Assembly (NCBI GenBank): GCA_905236535.1
Contig: CAJOQN010000006.1
Coordinates: 3,484 to 67,483 of the forward strand
Direction of reading: 5' to 3'
Source: an uncultured Bacilli bacterium
Lineage (GTDB): Bacteria; Bacillota_I; Bacilli_A; RFN20; CAG-826
Length of the DNA stretch: 64,000 bases
The notes beneath the pieces were generated by a model that ran no database searches, was not told the DNA's origin, and saw only the letters and a list, made by a program, of their open reading frames with translations. This document shows positions 30,001 to 39,591 of this stretch, in pieces. Every line of letters begins with the position of its first letter. Within the stretch, counting starts at the first letter, position 1. The position numbers and the translations under genes are program-made.

Positions 30001-30994
30001 AAGAAATAGAAATCTTTGTATTAGCAAAGGCATAATTGTTGATAGAAGACACCATAGTTGGAATAGTAATGTCGGTTAAAGACGAACAGTTGTTAAAGGC
30101 ATAATTGCCAATATCCGTACATCTACTTCCGATGGAAACTTCCTCAAGGTTTTGGCAGTTTTCAAAAGCGTGATCAGTAATATAAGAAAGGTAGGCAGGT
30201 GTTTCGGCAAAAATAAGAGAATCAATATTTGCGAAAATACCATCCATCCATTGATTGATGTGGATATTTTTGTTGCTTTCGTCACCTGCGACAGCAAGTG
30301 TCTCCAAGCAGAAAACTAAAGTATCTGAATCAAAGTCATTAATATAAAATGAATTAGAATTCGCCACAAAAGCAAACTTTTCTTTATGATATTCATTTAA
30401 TAACTTGGTGTGATTCAAATATAAAAGAACACCATTAACGTTATAATAATCAAAGTTTGACCATGTGTTTTGAAAAGCTGTGTCTTCAAAACAATTGTTA
30501 CCAATTGAATATAAATTCTTAGAGAATCTAATACTCTTAAGTTTTTCACAGTGAAGGAAGACTTCATCTCCTAAAGAAATGATATTGTCGGCCATGTAAA
30601 CATTAGTTAAACGATCACATCCAGCGAAAGCTTGATTTTCAATTCTGGTAATCGGATAACCATTAATGGTTTTAGGAACTTTAAAGTCCGAAGGATAATT
30701 TGTGTTGCTCTTCAATCTTGTGATTGAAGCGGTAACTTGACCATCAAAAATGCCACCTTCATCTGGGTGTTCGTTTACCGAATATTCAAGATATGGCATA
30801 TTTTGATAATCGTATAACCAGACATTAACCGCGGTATAGTAAACCATGCCTAAAGCAACGGCGATAACCGCAAGAGAAGAGAAACCAATAATGTAGTTAC
30901 GTTTATGAGGATCGATGCGATGTTTTTTCTCTACTATGGTATCGTCAAAAACATCATCGCCAAGTTCAGAAACCAAACGTGATTTACGCGCCAT
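27026..30994 (-). CDS. BspA-type leucine-rich-repeat (LRR) cell-surface protein with an N-terminal TM anchor
   Basis: 1322 aa. A cytoplasmic N-tail, one TM helix (IIGFSSLAVIAVALGMVYYTAV), then dozens of ~23-aa repeats with the pattern F..C.SL..I.IP..V..IG..AF.N. The start codon overlaps the oppF stop (TAATG). Confidence 0.8.
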   Translation of the reverse strand: MARKSRLVSELGDDVFDDTIVEKKHRIDPHKRNYIIGFSSLAVIAVALGMVYYTAVNVWLYDYQNMPYLEYSVNEHPDEGGIFDGQVTASITRLKSNTNYPSDFKVPKTINGYPITRIENQAFAGCDRLTNVYMADNIISLGDEVFLHCEKLKSIRFSKNLYSIGNNCFEDTAFQNTWSNFDYYNVNGVLLYLNHTKLLNEYHKEKFAFVANSNSFYINDFDSDTLVFCLETLAVAGDESNKNIHINQWMDGIFANIDSLIFAETPAYLSYITDHAFENCQNLEEVSIGSRCTDIGNYAFNNCSSLTDITIPTMVSSINNYAFANTKISISSLHEDLVHLGEGAFANCESITSMSVPSTLTEIPSYAFYKTSLSSINFVNSDNITSIGSSAFANTLLSTFAFPKNVELISQNVFANCANLTEISMYNEGPTRLYGSAFYNDTNLKTIKLLNADGSVLIQEEGTANMPLSLSSTTGKDGVEGAGHVFENCAFEKVVFNVNVSNISEAMFKGCSNLKEVRWVDISHTVCRVIGASAFENCEALEQFVCPNLVRTIGLYCFRNCSSLVSCHLPEAKEWTTFEQNYATNYGTTTAYYISTINQYVFSGCSSLDSITIPSTISKISSYAFENCNSLNIVFIPSTVTSIGADAFAGNPNLYLCLETQILPDSSRFSPGWDNGIKGYVLSSREIFRSGNFVVSLNTDGETLTIIDLIDSSSLVDLVIPQTIDGRTVTGINDNFVNSSSTLQTVTIPDTITSIGEHTFENCPLLTVTTENGFSYIGNSTNKYHAIIRSVEVEEGERYLINENTKVIVRSSLNNPNIEFTTDFEENDSVAARYIGTATNNYFVLVEATAKSNEFRVKADTKIIASNAFVTIASKSIIVPNTVDYVMKDAVKGNIFFNLYCEDESKPDGWDYGWNASPEKNAYYWGSTGPCTDSSYKGCLNLDGTARLVSYSGIYTTIHIPTQMKPSDSETNYNVTEIASGCFTNNNDITGIFIPQTITKVGASAFENVPNAKLYLESSSVPSSWSSEWNISNLPTYFGINDTNHLEKDGIHYVVEGSSAIITGYEYGLTDHFEIPSSITIGASSYPVTKIGRNAFSGSELTSVSIPSSVTTIEEGAFKNCGSLVIYFSGASIPSSFDEEWNPNNRPVYLGINADDILISDNIEFIVNPQDNNSAIVSGHLDADETTIPNTVVIKGRTLSVKSIGKNAFENSNIVYARFSESTNITRIEDRAFAGCKELIYFIVPAGVTYVGEYIFFGANNTLTVYIVEDVIPDTWDSNWGIIAEYEDTYDEVFRYLGLETGWKYGTGNVPVPIIDDYGDEE

Positions 30995-32202
30995 TATTTA
31001 TTACCTCCTATCTTTAAAAGTTCTTCTTTATATGCTTCGAATTCAGGAGTGTTACATCTGACAAAATGTCCGGGTTCCACTTCTCTAAATTCTGGTGCAT
31101 CGCTCTTCATATAATGGTGAAGCGTTGGATTATAAGAAATAATCTTTTTATATCTTTCAATCTTTGGATCTGGAATAGGAACCGCAGAAAGAAGAGATTT
31201 TGTATATGGATGAAGCGGAGCTTCAAACAAACGAAGAGCAGGTGCTAATTCGACTAAATGACCGGCGTAGATAACCGCGATACGATCAGAGATGTATTTA
31301 ACAACACTTAAATCGTGAGCGATGAATAAAACAGTCATATTAGATTCTTTTTGGAAATCTTTAATTAAATTTAAGACTTGCGCACGGATGGACACGTCAA
31401 GCGCGCTGATAGGCTCGTCTGCGACAACAAACTCTGGATTCATAATCATACAACGAGCAATGCCAATACGTTGTCTTTGACCACCTGAGAATTCGTGTGG
31501 ATAACGAGAAAGGTATTCTGGTCTGAGACCAACCTTTTGCATTATCTCAGTGACTTTTCTAATTCTATCTTGTTCATCGGTGTAGAGATGGAACGCTCTT
31601 AAACCTTCAGAAACAATATAGTCAATATTCGCACGATCATTCAAAGAATCACCTGGATCTTGGAAGATCATTTGAATTTTTGTTTTTAACAAACGTTCGC
31701 GTTGACTTGGAATTTTTCCAGAAATACGAACATTATTATAAAGGACTTCTCCACCACTGACTTTGTTAATGCGGATAATTGCACGTCCAATTGTGGTTTT
31801 GCCTGAACCTGATTCACCGACAAGGCCTAAAACTTCACCACGACGGATATCTAAGTTGAGGTGGTTGATAATAACTCTTTCAAGAGAACCCATTTTAAAG
31901 GAGATACGGACATCTCTCATCTTCACAATGATGTCATCTTCCGGAGTTCCTCTGGTGAGGTCTCTACCGACTTCGAATTCATCTTTGTAAGCAGGTTTCT
32001 CTGCTTTTTTAACATCCCCACCTAAAATTTCCTCATAGCTACCATCGGCAGCGTTAACTGATTCGATAATATCTTGTTCCATCAAACCTTGATGAGTGAG
32101 ATCATCTCTTTCTAAAGGAGAAAGAATATCAGAGACACCATTTTGTGAGGTGCGGATTGGTGCATCATCAGAAATTAAATTATTCTTCTTCATTAAAATC
32201 AC
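30994..32202 (-). CDS. oppF: Oligopeptide ABC transporter ATP-binding protein OppF
   Basis: Walker A GESGSGKTT, the LSGGQ signature, Walker B, and an Opp-type C-terminal extension. Confidence 0.88.
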   Translation of the reverse strand: MILMKKNNLISDDAPIRTSQNGVSDILSPLERDDLTHQGLMEQDIIESVNAADGSYEEILGGDVKKAEKPAYKDEFEVGRDLTRGTPEDDIIVKMRDVRISFKMGSLERVIINHLNLDIRRGEVLGLVGESGSGKTTIGRAIIRINKVSGGEVLYNNVRISGKIPSQRERLLKTKIQMIFQDPGDSLNDRANIDYIVSEGLRAFHLYTDEQDRIRKVTEIMQKVGLRPEYLSRYPHEFSGGQRQRIGIARCMIMNPEFVVADEPISALDVSIRAQVLNLIKDFQKESNMTVLFIAHDLSVVKYISDRIAVIYAGHLVELAPALRLFEAPLHPYTKSLLSAVPIPDPKIERYKKIISYNPTLHHYMKSDAPEFREVEPGHFVRCNTPEFEAYKEELLKIGGNK

Positions 32203-33265
32203 CCTCCTGTCTCTTCAATTCTTCGGCGGCAATCTTCATTCTCTCGTGCAATTCCTCGATTAATTTTGGTTTTTTAACTTTTGGCGCAAGAGGAGAGAGG
32301 AGCCATGTCTTTGCCCAGTGAGTCTCACTAACTTTAAAGATTGGTGGCTCTTGAACAAAGTCAATATTCATCGCATAGGCATTACGTGGCGCAAAAGCAT
32401 CACCAATAATCTCACTCGCAAAAGAAGGTGGATTACCAATAATATAGCTTAATGGCTCATCTTTGGTGCCTAATTGAGGTAATGAACATAATAATGCCCA
32501 TGTATATGGGTGTTCTGGATGATAGAACACATCTTCAACAGTCCCATATTCGACGATTTGACCCGCATACATAACGGCGATTCTATCAGCAACATTAGCG
32601 ACAACACCTAAGTCGTGAGTGATGAAGATGGTGGTCCATTTATATTCTTGTTGAAGTTCTTTAATTAGAGAGATGATTTGCGCTTGAACGGTAACGTCTA
32701 AAGCGGTTGTAGGCTCATCACAGATGAGAACTTCAGGACGGCACGCCAAAGCAATGGCGATAACGACTCTTTGACGCATACCACCAGAATATTGGAATGG
32801 GTAGTCATCATAACGTGATTCTGGGTTTGGAATACGAACTTTAGCAAGAAGACTAATCGCTTCTTTTTTCGCTTCTTCTTTACTTAATCCATGATGTATT
32901 CTAAGGACTTCACTAATTTGATAACCAATGGTTAATAATGGGTTTAAGGAAGTCATAGGATCTTGAAAGATGGTGGCAATTCTCTTACCACGAATTTGGA
33001 GCCAATCATCGTTGGTTTTGAATTTCACTAAATCCATACCATCAAAGATGATTGAACCACTGGAGATGAAACCGTTGCTATCAAGCATTCCGGTGAACGT
33101 TTTGGTAGTTACGGATTTACCAGAACCAGATTCACCAACGATAGCGAGGGTTTCTCCACGATAAACTGGGAAGGAAATGTTACGGATAACATTTGTTTTC
33201 TTTCCACGAACAGTGAATCCCACGGAGAGATTCTTAACATCAATGACAATTTCTTTTTGTTTCAT
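32180..33265 (-). CDS. oppD: Oligopeptide ABC transporter ATP-binding protein OppD
   Basis: Walker A GESGSGKSV, YSGGMRQR signature, Walker B DEPTTALD, and an Opp-type C-terminal domain. Confidence 0.88.
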   Translation of the reverse strand: MKQKEIVIDVKNLSVGFTVRGKKTNVIRNISFPVYRGETLAIVGESGSGKSVTTKTFTGMLDSNGFISSGSIIFDGMDLVKFKTNDDWLQIRGKRIATIFQDPMTSLNPLLTIGYQISEVLRIHHGLSKEEAKKEAISLLAKVRIPNPESRYDDYPFQYSGGMRQRVVIAIALACRPEVLICDEPTTALDVTVQAQIISLIKELQQEYKWTTIFITHDLGVVANVADRIAVMYAGQIVEYGTVEDVFYHPEHPYTWALLCSLPQLGTKDEPLSYIIGNPPSFASEIIGDAFAPRNAYAMNIDFVQEPPIFKVSETHWAKTWLLSPLAPKVKKPKLIEELHERMKIAAEELKRQEGDFNEEE

Positions 33266-33278
33266 CTATGTTTCCCTC

Positions 33279-34388
33279 CTATCTGTGAGATTTTGGATCT
33301 GTAGCGTCCGCGAGTGCGAGTCCTAAATAGAAGAAACACACGGTTAAAGGCGCCATAACGACCATTGGAGCGATGATAAGATATGGATGCGACATCCATG
33401 TGGTATCTTGAACTGCGGTCGTTAAAATTTGTCCTAAAGTGATATCTCCATCTTGAATACGGAAGGATAGATTGAAGTAGGAAAGACCAACTTCGCTCGA
33501 AATCGCTTCTGGAATCGCTGTGGAGACAACAGTGACAATAACAGACACCAAGTAAGGTAATAAGTTATGAGAAATCATTGCGACAGAGGATGAACCTAAT
33601 GTTTGTGAAGCAATGTTATATTCTCTATTACGAATAATAATAATTTGGTTACGAACAAATCCTGCTAAACCAAGCCATCCTAAGGCGCTTAATAACAAAG
33701 TGACGATTAAGAAGGCATATTTTTCCATATATGGTTGGAAGAATTGCATCAACATAATATCCAAAAGAAGGGTTGGAATATTGTTGACGAAGTTTCTAAA
33801 TTCAATAAGGATTGGGTCTAACCAACGGAAATAACCCCATAAGGAACCAATTAAGATTCCTAAAACGGTATCGATGACTGCGACAGTAACACCTAAAAGG
33901 AGAGATAATTGTGTCCCTTTCCATAAGCAGGACCACATATCTTGGCCTTCAAAATAGTTACCCATTCCACTATAGCAAACACCGAGCCAGTTCGTAGAGT
34001 TTGGCCCTAAAATATAAGCGTTCGCCGGGTCACCAAATTTACGTGGGTTTGGTAAAACCGCACCAGCTTCATTGATATAGAATGGATCATAGAATCTAAT
34101 CATGGTCCCGAAAATTGTAAAGAAAAGTAAGACGAGAAGAACTAAGATACAAACGATGACAAGTGGGTTCTTTAAAAGATGTCTAAATGTCATTCTCCAA
34201 TAGGAGTATGGAGCGCTATCAAGTCTTTCAGACTTTTCACTAGATGCACCAATGACGGTAAAGAGACCTTTAACATTCTCATCTAAGGTGTCTTGAACAG
34301 GAACAGAAGATGCGAGGCGTGGATCTTCTTCGTTTATCTCATGAAAAAGGTTTTCAACTTCTTCTGGATTGTATTTAACTTTTGCCAT
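33279..34388 (-). CDS. oppC: Oligopeptide ABC transporter permease OppC
   Basis: 369 aa. N-terminal extension then 6 TM segments with an EAA-like loop. Confidence 0.8.
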   Translation of the reverse strand: MAKVKYNPEEVENLFHEINEEDPRLASSVPVQDTLDENVKGLFTVIGASSEKSERLDSAPYSYWRMTFRHLLKNPLVIVCILVLLVLLFFTIFGTMIRFYDPFYINEAGAVLPNPRKFGDPANAYILGPNSTNWLGVCYSGMGNYFEGQDMWSCLWKGTQLSLLLGVTVAVIDTVLGILIGSLWGYFRWLDPILIEFRNFVNNIPTLLLDIMLMQFFQPYMEKYAFLIVTLLLSALGWLGLAGFVRNQIIIIRNREYNIASQTLGSSSVAMISHNLLPYLVSVIVTVVSTAIPEAISSEVGLSYFNLSFRIQDGDITLGQILTTAVQDTTWMSHPYLIIAPMVVMAPLTVCFFYLGLALADATDPKSHR

Positions 34389-34403
34389 GCTTCTACTCCT
34401 TTC

Positions 34404-35576
34404 CTAATTTCCAAAACTAATACGAGGATCAACCATCGCAGTAACAATATCACCAAGTAAATATGAGAGAACACTCAACAACGCCGAAATAAGAATAACT
34501 GCGATTAAAAGTGAAGCGTTATAAGTGTTATTTGCAACAATAATAGCTCTACCAATTCCTGGTATGCCGTAAATATTCTCAAGATAATAACTTCCAAAGA
34601 GGGCCCCAATAACCGCGCTTGGGAAAGTTCTCACGAGAGGAACGACCGCGTTTCTTAAAATATGAATTTTCATAATACGGCCTTCGGTTAAACCTTTAGA
34701 ACGAGCAAATTTGACATAGTCGGCGTTAAATTCATCGACCATGTAACGTCTGACCCATAGACCAATACCGGACATTCCAGTAAAGCCTGTGGTTAAAATC
34801 ACTGGCAACCAAGACAAGAAGTTTTCAGCATCGTATGATCTTGGAAGCGCAAAAAGTCCACAAAGGATAGCCATCCAAATGTAGTAATATGCAATTCCAG
34901 GGATTGCATCAATTGTCATAATATATGTTTTACCAACCTTATCAAAAATTCCATTTTGATATCTGGCCATAAGAATACCAAATGGATAGCCGAGACCAAG
35001 TTCAACGACGATAGAAATAATGTTGATTCTAAAGCTTACCCACATTCTTGGGAAGATGTAATCAACAACATATCCACCATCTGGAAAACCCGGAAGATTA
35101 TAAATGGTTCCAAAATTAATAACAGAAGTGTGGCAATCGAAAATTGTGGTGGCAATTCCGCCTGCAGAATCTGTACCTATGCTGGTGCGGCAGAGAGTTT
35201 TTGGGAAAGGTAAAATATTATAGAAAAAGGTAACCAATTGTTTGATTAATGGTCCAGAAAAACCCATTTCTTCTTTCCAGTTATTACATAAAAGTTCGTT
35301 GACCATAGGGCTCTTAGGATTGTTGAAGAAAGTGGCACAAACTCTAGAGACAGGATAAGCCAAACGAACTAAAAAGAAAGTAACGATAATAGCGAGAGCA
35401 ATAGAAATCAATGATGATCCAATTCTTCTTAATGAGTAATGAAGCAATGGATGAGCAAAGATTTTTTGCACTCCGACAGTTTCACCAAAAAGGACTCTTT
35501 TTTTCACAAGAATAGAAAAGACAACAAACGCAATGATTACACCAATAATCGTATAACCAATTAGATAAGATGCCAT
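34404..35576 (-). CDS. oppB: Oligopeptide ABC transporter permease OppB
   Basis: 390 aa. Polytopic, with a large extracytoplasmic loop between TM1 and TM2 as in Mollicutes OppB. Confidence 0.8.
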   Translation of the reverse strand: MASYLIGYTIIGVIIAFVVFSILVKKRVLFGETVGVQKIFAHPLLHYSLRRIGSSLISIALAIIVTFFLVRLAYPVSRVCATFFNNPKSPMVNELLCNNWKEEMGFSGPLIKQLVTFFYNILPFPKTLCRTSIGTDSAGGIATTIFDCHTSVINFGTIYNLPGFPDGGYVVDYIFPRMWVSFRINIISIVVELGLGYPFGILMARYQNGIFDKVGKTYIMTIDAIPGIAYYYIWMAILCGLFALPRSYDAENFLSWLPVILTTGFTGMSGIGLWVRRYMVDEFNADYVKFARSKGLTEGRIMKIHILRNAVVPLVRTFPSAVIGALFGSYYLENIYGIPGIGRAIIVANNTYNASLLIAVILISALLSVLSYLLGDIVTAMVDPRISFGN

Positions 35577-35603
35577 TTTTATTCCTCCTTTTTAAGCAAT
35601 AAA

Positions 35604-35638
35604 TTAGGGCAGGGGCAACAATGTGCCCCACACCCTAA
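35604..35638 (-). other. GC-rich intercistronic stem-loop between oppA and oppB
   Basis: Minus-strand RNA reads TTAGGGtgtGGGGCAcattgtTGCCCCtgCCCTAA. It is followed by a weak U-tract and then the oppB SD (AAAAAGGAGGAATAAAAATG). Confidence 0.55.
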
Positions 35639-35666
35639 TAATTAAATGAATTATGAACAACAAGAA

Positions 35667-38075
35667 TTAGTCTTTGTAGATATCTTGAAGAGCGTCGTGT
35701 GTTTTGAAATACTCTTCTTTGTCTTTTTGTTGTTCTTCACGAGCATGTTGTCTCTCTTCACGAGTCATAACTTCATCGAGGACATACATACCGGTTAAAC
35801 GGTCGTTAGCAATACCGTAGGAAGCTGTTGGCATGAAGTAACCAGCACTTCTAGAAACGGACATGCTGTAGCCTTGACCGTTGTTGTTTTGTGGCAAATA
35901 GATGTAGAGCTCGTTGATGAGATTGTATTCAGCTTTTGCGAATTTTGAATAACGAGCAGAGATGTCTTCAACTTCGTTAGCACCCTCGGCAACTAATTGT
36001 GTGTATTCTTCAAGAAGGTCGGTCTTAATAAGAGCATTTTTCGCTTCATTGAGAGCATAGTTGTCAACAGTGGCTTCTTTAATAAATGGGAAGACTGAAG
36101 ACCAGTCACCACCTTTAACGAAGGTGTTCATATAAGTAAGTGGATCACCATAGTCAGCACCCCAACCCCACATGATAGGAGCATAGTCGAAGCAGGCTTT
36201 ACCAGTAGCTTGACCAGAAACATTATCACGGTTTGCAGAAGTGACTTCTGTAGTTGGGATGACATTGAAGATTTTTGTGACACCAGCTTCTTCTAAAGCA
36301 CCAGTTTGGTTAAGCCTTTCATTCATAGATGCGATGACTTCTTCATCATCTTCTTTGGCATCATCTGAATAGTATTCAGACCAGTATTCGATGTTGATTG
36401 GGAAGGTGATTTTTGTGGCTTGTGAAGAATTATAAAGTTTGATGGCTTTAACAGCATCAATAACCAAAGCTTCAACTTCCGCTAATGTCTTTTGAGCAGT
36501 AGCGACTTGGCCTGGTTTGAGTTCATATGCAGCAGTACCTTCAACTGGGTTGTCTGGATCACCAGCACCACCAGCGAGACCTTGCTTTTCAGCATATTCG
36601 GTATAGTAATATTTTGTAACATAGTCGTTACCATCTTGATCGACAACGAATCCTTTTGGAACATAGGTGTAGACCTTTTCTTCGTTTCTGAGGGCAGCGG
36701 CTTTGTAGCTGTAATGTTTACTGAAGTAGAGTTCAAAGTCTAAGCTGTTCATAATAGCTTTACGAACTTCTTTGATTGATAAGGCATTAGCTGTATTTTT
36801 GATTGTTGTAGCGTTGCCACCTCTTGCATAAGATGTGGTTGAACCAGTCTTATCACGGGCCATAACAATGTTAGAACCATAGCAGTTACCAATGGTATCT
36901 AATAATCTGGCATTAACGTGTGGATCATATGGATTTTCAAGTGTTCCATCTCCATCTGGACCTTCAACATATTTGGTCCATCCGACTTGGTCGTCATAAC
37001 TGACGGAGAAACCATCAACTCTGTCGGCTTCGAATTCTTTACGGACATAGTCTTTGGCCACACTACCGGTGATGACTCTATATTTTATCTTGTTAACAGT
37101 GATAGTGTTTTCAGCATTCCAATATCCTTTATTAGAAGAATATTCGACAGTGGTGTCAGTGACTTTGCTTAAGAGATATGGTCCACAATAGAGGATCTTA
37201 TCTTTATCAGTACCAAAGTTAGAGAACGAGACATCCTTAAGGAAGTATTTGTTAACAGGCAAGAAACAAGAATAGGTGAAAAGCGTTGGGAAGAATGATG
37301 CAGGTTGATTGAGTCTGTAAGTAACAGTTCTATTTTGATCATTTGCAACGACACCAAGTCTAGATCCGTTTTTGATGTTTGGAATATCTGCGGCAGCAAC
37401 TTGATCATCGCCATCAGCATATTCTAAATGCCAAATTGTTGGGGTTTCGCTTTTGATCCATTTGTTAATATCCTTAGCAGCTTGGGTTGGATTATTGTCA
37501 GGATCATAGTTGAGTTTGCCTTCTTTTTTGTCGGCTTTAAGTTTGGTGTAGGCATAATACTCTGCGCCACCTCTAATAAAGGTATAAACAAGGTATTGTA
37601 ATTCGGAGCCGTTTGAATAAGTTAGAACTTGTTCAGCGGTTGTGCGCCAGTCAGAAGCTTCAACAAATTGAGGTGTCTTTTTACCATCGACATTGGCTTT
37701 GTATTGGGCGCCATCATAAGTTTGCCATTTGACGCCTTCTCTAACGGTGAATGTGAATTCGGTGTAGTCATCGTTCTTTGTAACTTTTGTAGCAAGATTC
37801 TTAACTAAAGCACCATAAGAGTTGTGTGAAAGTAAAGCATCGACAAAGTTTGCAAAGTGTTGAGCATTGGCGGATTGCGCAGACTTCAAATAGTTAAGAG
37901 ATCCAATTGAAGAGCCAAGTAATCCGTTGTACTCATTACGAGCTACTCTACCTGCTAATCCATATCTAGTTAAAACTTCATTTTCAGGAATAGTAAAAGT
38001 TTTCGGGCCAGAAGAACAGGCGGACATAATCACTGCTAGCGACATAATCATTAGTGATTTACCTTTTAGATTCAT
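35667..38075 (-). CDS. oppA: Oligopeptide-binding lipoprotein OppA (large Mollicutes-style substrate-binding protein)
   Basis: ORF 35667..38108 trimmed to MNLKGKSLMIMSLAVIMSACSS (lipobox), an ATG preceded by a GGAGG SD. About 800 aa, family-5 SBP-like. Confidence 0.75.
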   Translation of the reverse strand: MNLKGKSLMIMSLAVIMSACSSGPKTFTIPENEVLTRYGLAGRVARNEYNGLLGSSIGSLNYLKSAQSANAQHFANFVDALLSHNSYGALVKNLATKVTKNDDYTEFTFTVREGVKWQTYDGAQYKANVDGKKTPQFVEASDWRTTAEQVLTYSNGSELQYLVYTFIRGGAEYYAYTKLKADKKEGKLNYDPDNNPTQAAKDINKWIKSETPTIWHLEYADGDDQVAAADIPNIKNGSRLGVVANDQNRTVTYRLNQPASFFPTLFTYSCFLPVNKYFLKDVSFSNFGTDKDKILYCGPYLLSKVTDTTVEYSSNKGYWNAENTITVNKIKYRVITGSVAKDYVRKEFEADRVDGFSVSYDDQVGWTKYVEGPDGDGTLENPYDPHVNARLLDTIGNCYGSNIVMARDKTGSTTSYARGGNATTIKNTANALSIKEVRKAIMNSLDFELYFSKHYSYKAAALRNEEKVYTYVPKGFVVDQDGNDYVTKYYYTEYAEKQGLAGGAGDPDNPVEGTAAYELKPGQVATAQKTLAEVEALVIDAVKAIKLYNSSQATKITFPINIEYWSEYYSDDAKEDDEEVIASMNERLNQTGALEEAGVTKIFNVIPTTEVTSANRDNVSGQATGKACFDYAPIMWGWGADYGDPLTYMNTFVKGGDWSSVFPFIKEATVDNYALNEAKNALIKTDLLEEYTQLVAEGANEVEDISARYSKFAKAEYNLINELYIYLPQNNNGQGYSMSVSRSAGYFMPTASYGIANDRLTGMYVLDEVMTREERQHAREEQQKDKEEYFKTHDALQDIYKD

Positions 38076-38237
38076 AATTTTTCCTCCTTTTCTAAAATAT
38101 TTATTCAATCATGAATGATTGTTTAAAAGAATACTCTTTTTTCGCGCATTTAACAAATATTTATTTATGCGCATATATGATATAAGTAAAAAATGTGTGC
38201 TTTGCACACATGTGTATAAAAATAGAAAATAAAAATA

Positions 38238-38648
38238 TTAAATAGCAAACGGAAGCGGGTAAGAACCAGCAATAAAAGCCCAAGCTTCAAAAACTAATCC
38301 AACACTTAATAAAATCGCCGAAGCAAAGAAAAACGGAAAACGAATTGTCCACGCTTTACATTTGATCTCTTTTTCGACTTTTCCATCATAATTTTTAGTC
38401 TTTCTTCTGTGCCTTGCAATTTGAATATCAGCGATGACAAAGCCAAGCAAAAAATAAGTCGCAGTGATGGCCCAAAGGAGGTAAACATAAGGAAATGGAT
38501 CAAGATTTAAGGATGGAATACAAGTAATACCATAAATGCCAAAGGGAACGCCAAGCCCCACTACGGCTAGCACTGATCCAATGATATATATTAGAGGTGA
38601 TTTGAATGGATTTTTCATCGTAAATATAATACTACATATTCTAGTCAA
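38238..38648 (-). CDS. Small integral membrane protein (4 TM)
   Basis: 136-aa hydrophobic ORF with no recognisable motif. Confidence 0.4.
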   Translation of the reverse strand: MTRICSIIFTMKNPFKSPLIYIIGSVLAVVGLGVPFGIYGITCIPSLNLDPFPYVYLLWAITATYFLLGFVIADIQIARHRRKTKNYDGKVEKEIKCKAWTIRFPFFFASAILLSVGLVFEAWAFIAGSYPLPFAI

Positions 38649-38676
38649 ACAAAGAGAGAAAGATTATACTGAAAAT

Positions 38677-39591
38677 ATGCCAAACCCAAATTTAAAAGAG
38701 AACAAACTTAAGCGTCTATTAGTCGCCCCTTTTCGAAATGTTGTTAAGGCATTTTCAAAGACCCAATATGTTAAGTTTCAATATAAATATATTACACACC
38801 ATAGGTTAAATTTAAAGAATCCGATTAGGTATACCGAAAAGCTTCAATATTTAAGATTAAAGGTTTATCCAAAATGGGATCTTGTTTCAAAGTGTGCGGG
38901 TAGAGTGGGTCTTAGAGACTATATAAAAGAATGTGGTTTTGAAGATAATCTTGTGCAAATCTATGGTGTTTATGACAGATTTGAAGATATCAATTTTGAG
39001 GAATTGCCAAATCAATTTGTGATGAAATGTACCCATGCATGTGCTTTTAATTACCTTTGTTTCGATAAATCACAACTTAAGACAGAAGAGTTGAGGAAAA
39101 AATTTAATCGTTGGTTAAAAACTAATTATGGCAAAAAGACGGTTGAACTCCACTACTCAAAGATTAAACCGCAAATTATAATTGAAAAATTTTTATTTGA
39201 AAAAGATTGGCTTCCTGTTGAATACAAGATTCATGTATTTAATGGTGTGGCGAAAAGTATGTATGTTGTCACCTCAAGAAATAAAGATATTAGATACAAC
39301 AATTACTATATTGATTGGACTCCATTTGATGGTTCCCAATTTAATGGCTGGAAGAAAACTGATTATGAAATAGAAAAGCCCACCAATTGGGATGAGATGG
39401 TGAAGTTAGCCGAAGCATTAGCCAAGCCATTCCCGTTCGTTAGAGTGGACTTATATAATATCGAAGGTAAAATTTATATTTCAGAGATGACCTTCACTCC
39501 CGCGAAAGGCACATTGATTCTTGATGATGATAAATGCGACTTTGAAATGGGTGAATGGTTAGATATATCTATGTACCTTACTTCCAAGTAG
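38677..39591 (+). CDS. TupA-like ATP-grasp protein
   Basis: ORF 38536..39591 trimmed to MPNPNLKENKLKRLL. Segments typical of ATPgrasp_TupA-type proteins: QYLRLKVYPKWDLVSKCAGRVGLRDYIKECGFEDNLVQIYGVYDRFEDINFEELPNQFVMKCTHAC. Confidence 0.55.
   Translation: MPNPNLKENKLKRLLVAPFRNVVKAFSKTQYVKFQYKYITHHRLNLKNPIRYTEKLQYLRLKVYPKWDLVSKCAGRVGLRDYIKECGFEDNLVQIYGVYDRFEDINFEELPNQFVMKCTHACAFNYLCFDKSQLKTEELRKKFNRWLKTNYGKKTVELHYSKIKPQIIIEKFLFEKDWLPVEYKIHVFNGVAKSMYVVTSRNKDIRYNNYYIDWTPFDGSQFNGWKKTDYEIEKPTNWDEMVKLAEALAKPFPFVRVDLYNIEGKIYISEMTFTPAKGTLILDDDKCDFEMGEWLDISMYLTSK

Noticed and set aside
27026-30994. Highly repetitive DNA in the LRR gene considered as a CRISPR/repeat array
   Set aside because: The repeats are imperfect, in-frame and protein-level (23-aa LRR units) with no unique spacers. 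No cas genes anywhere in the window.
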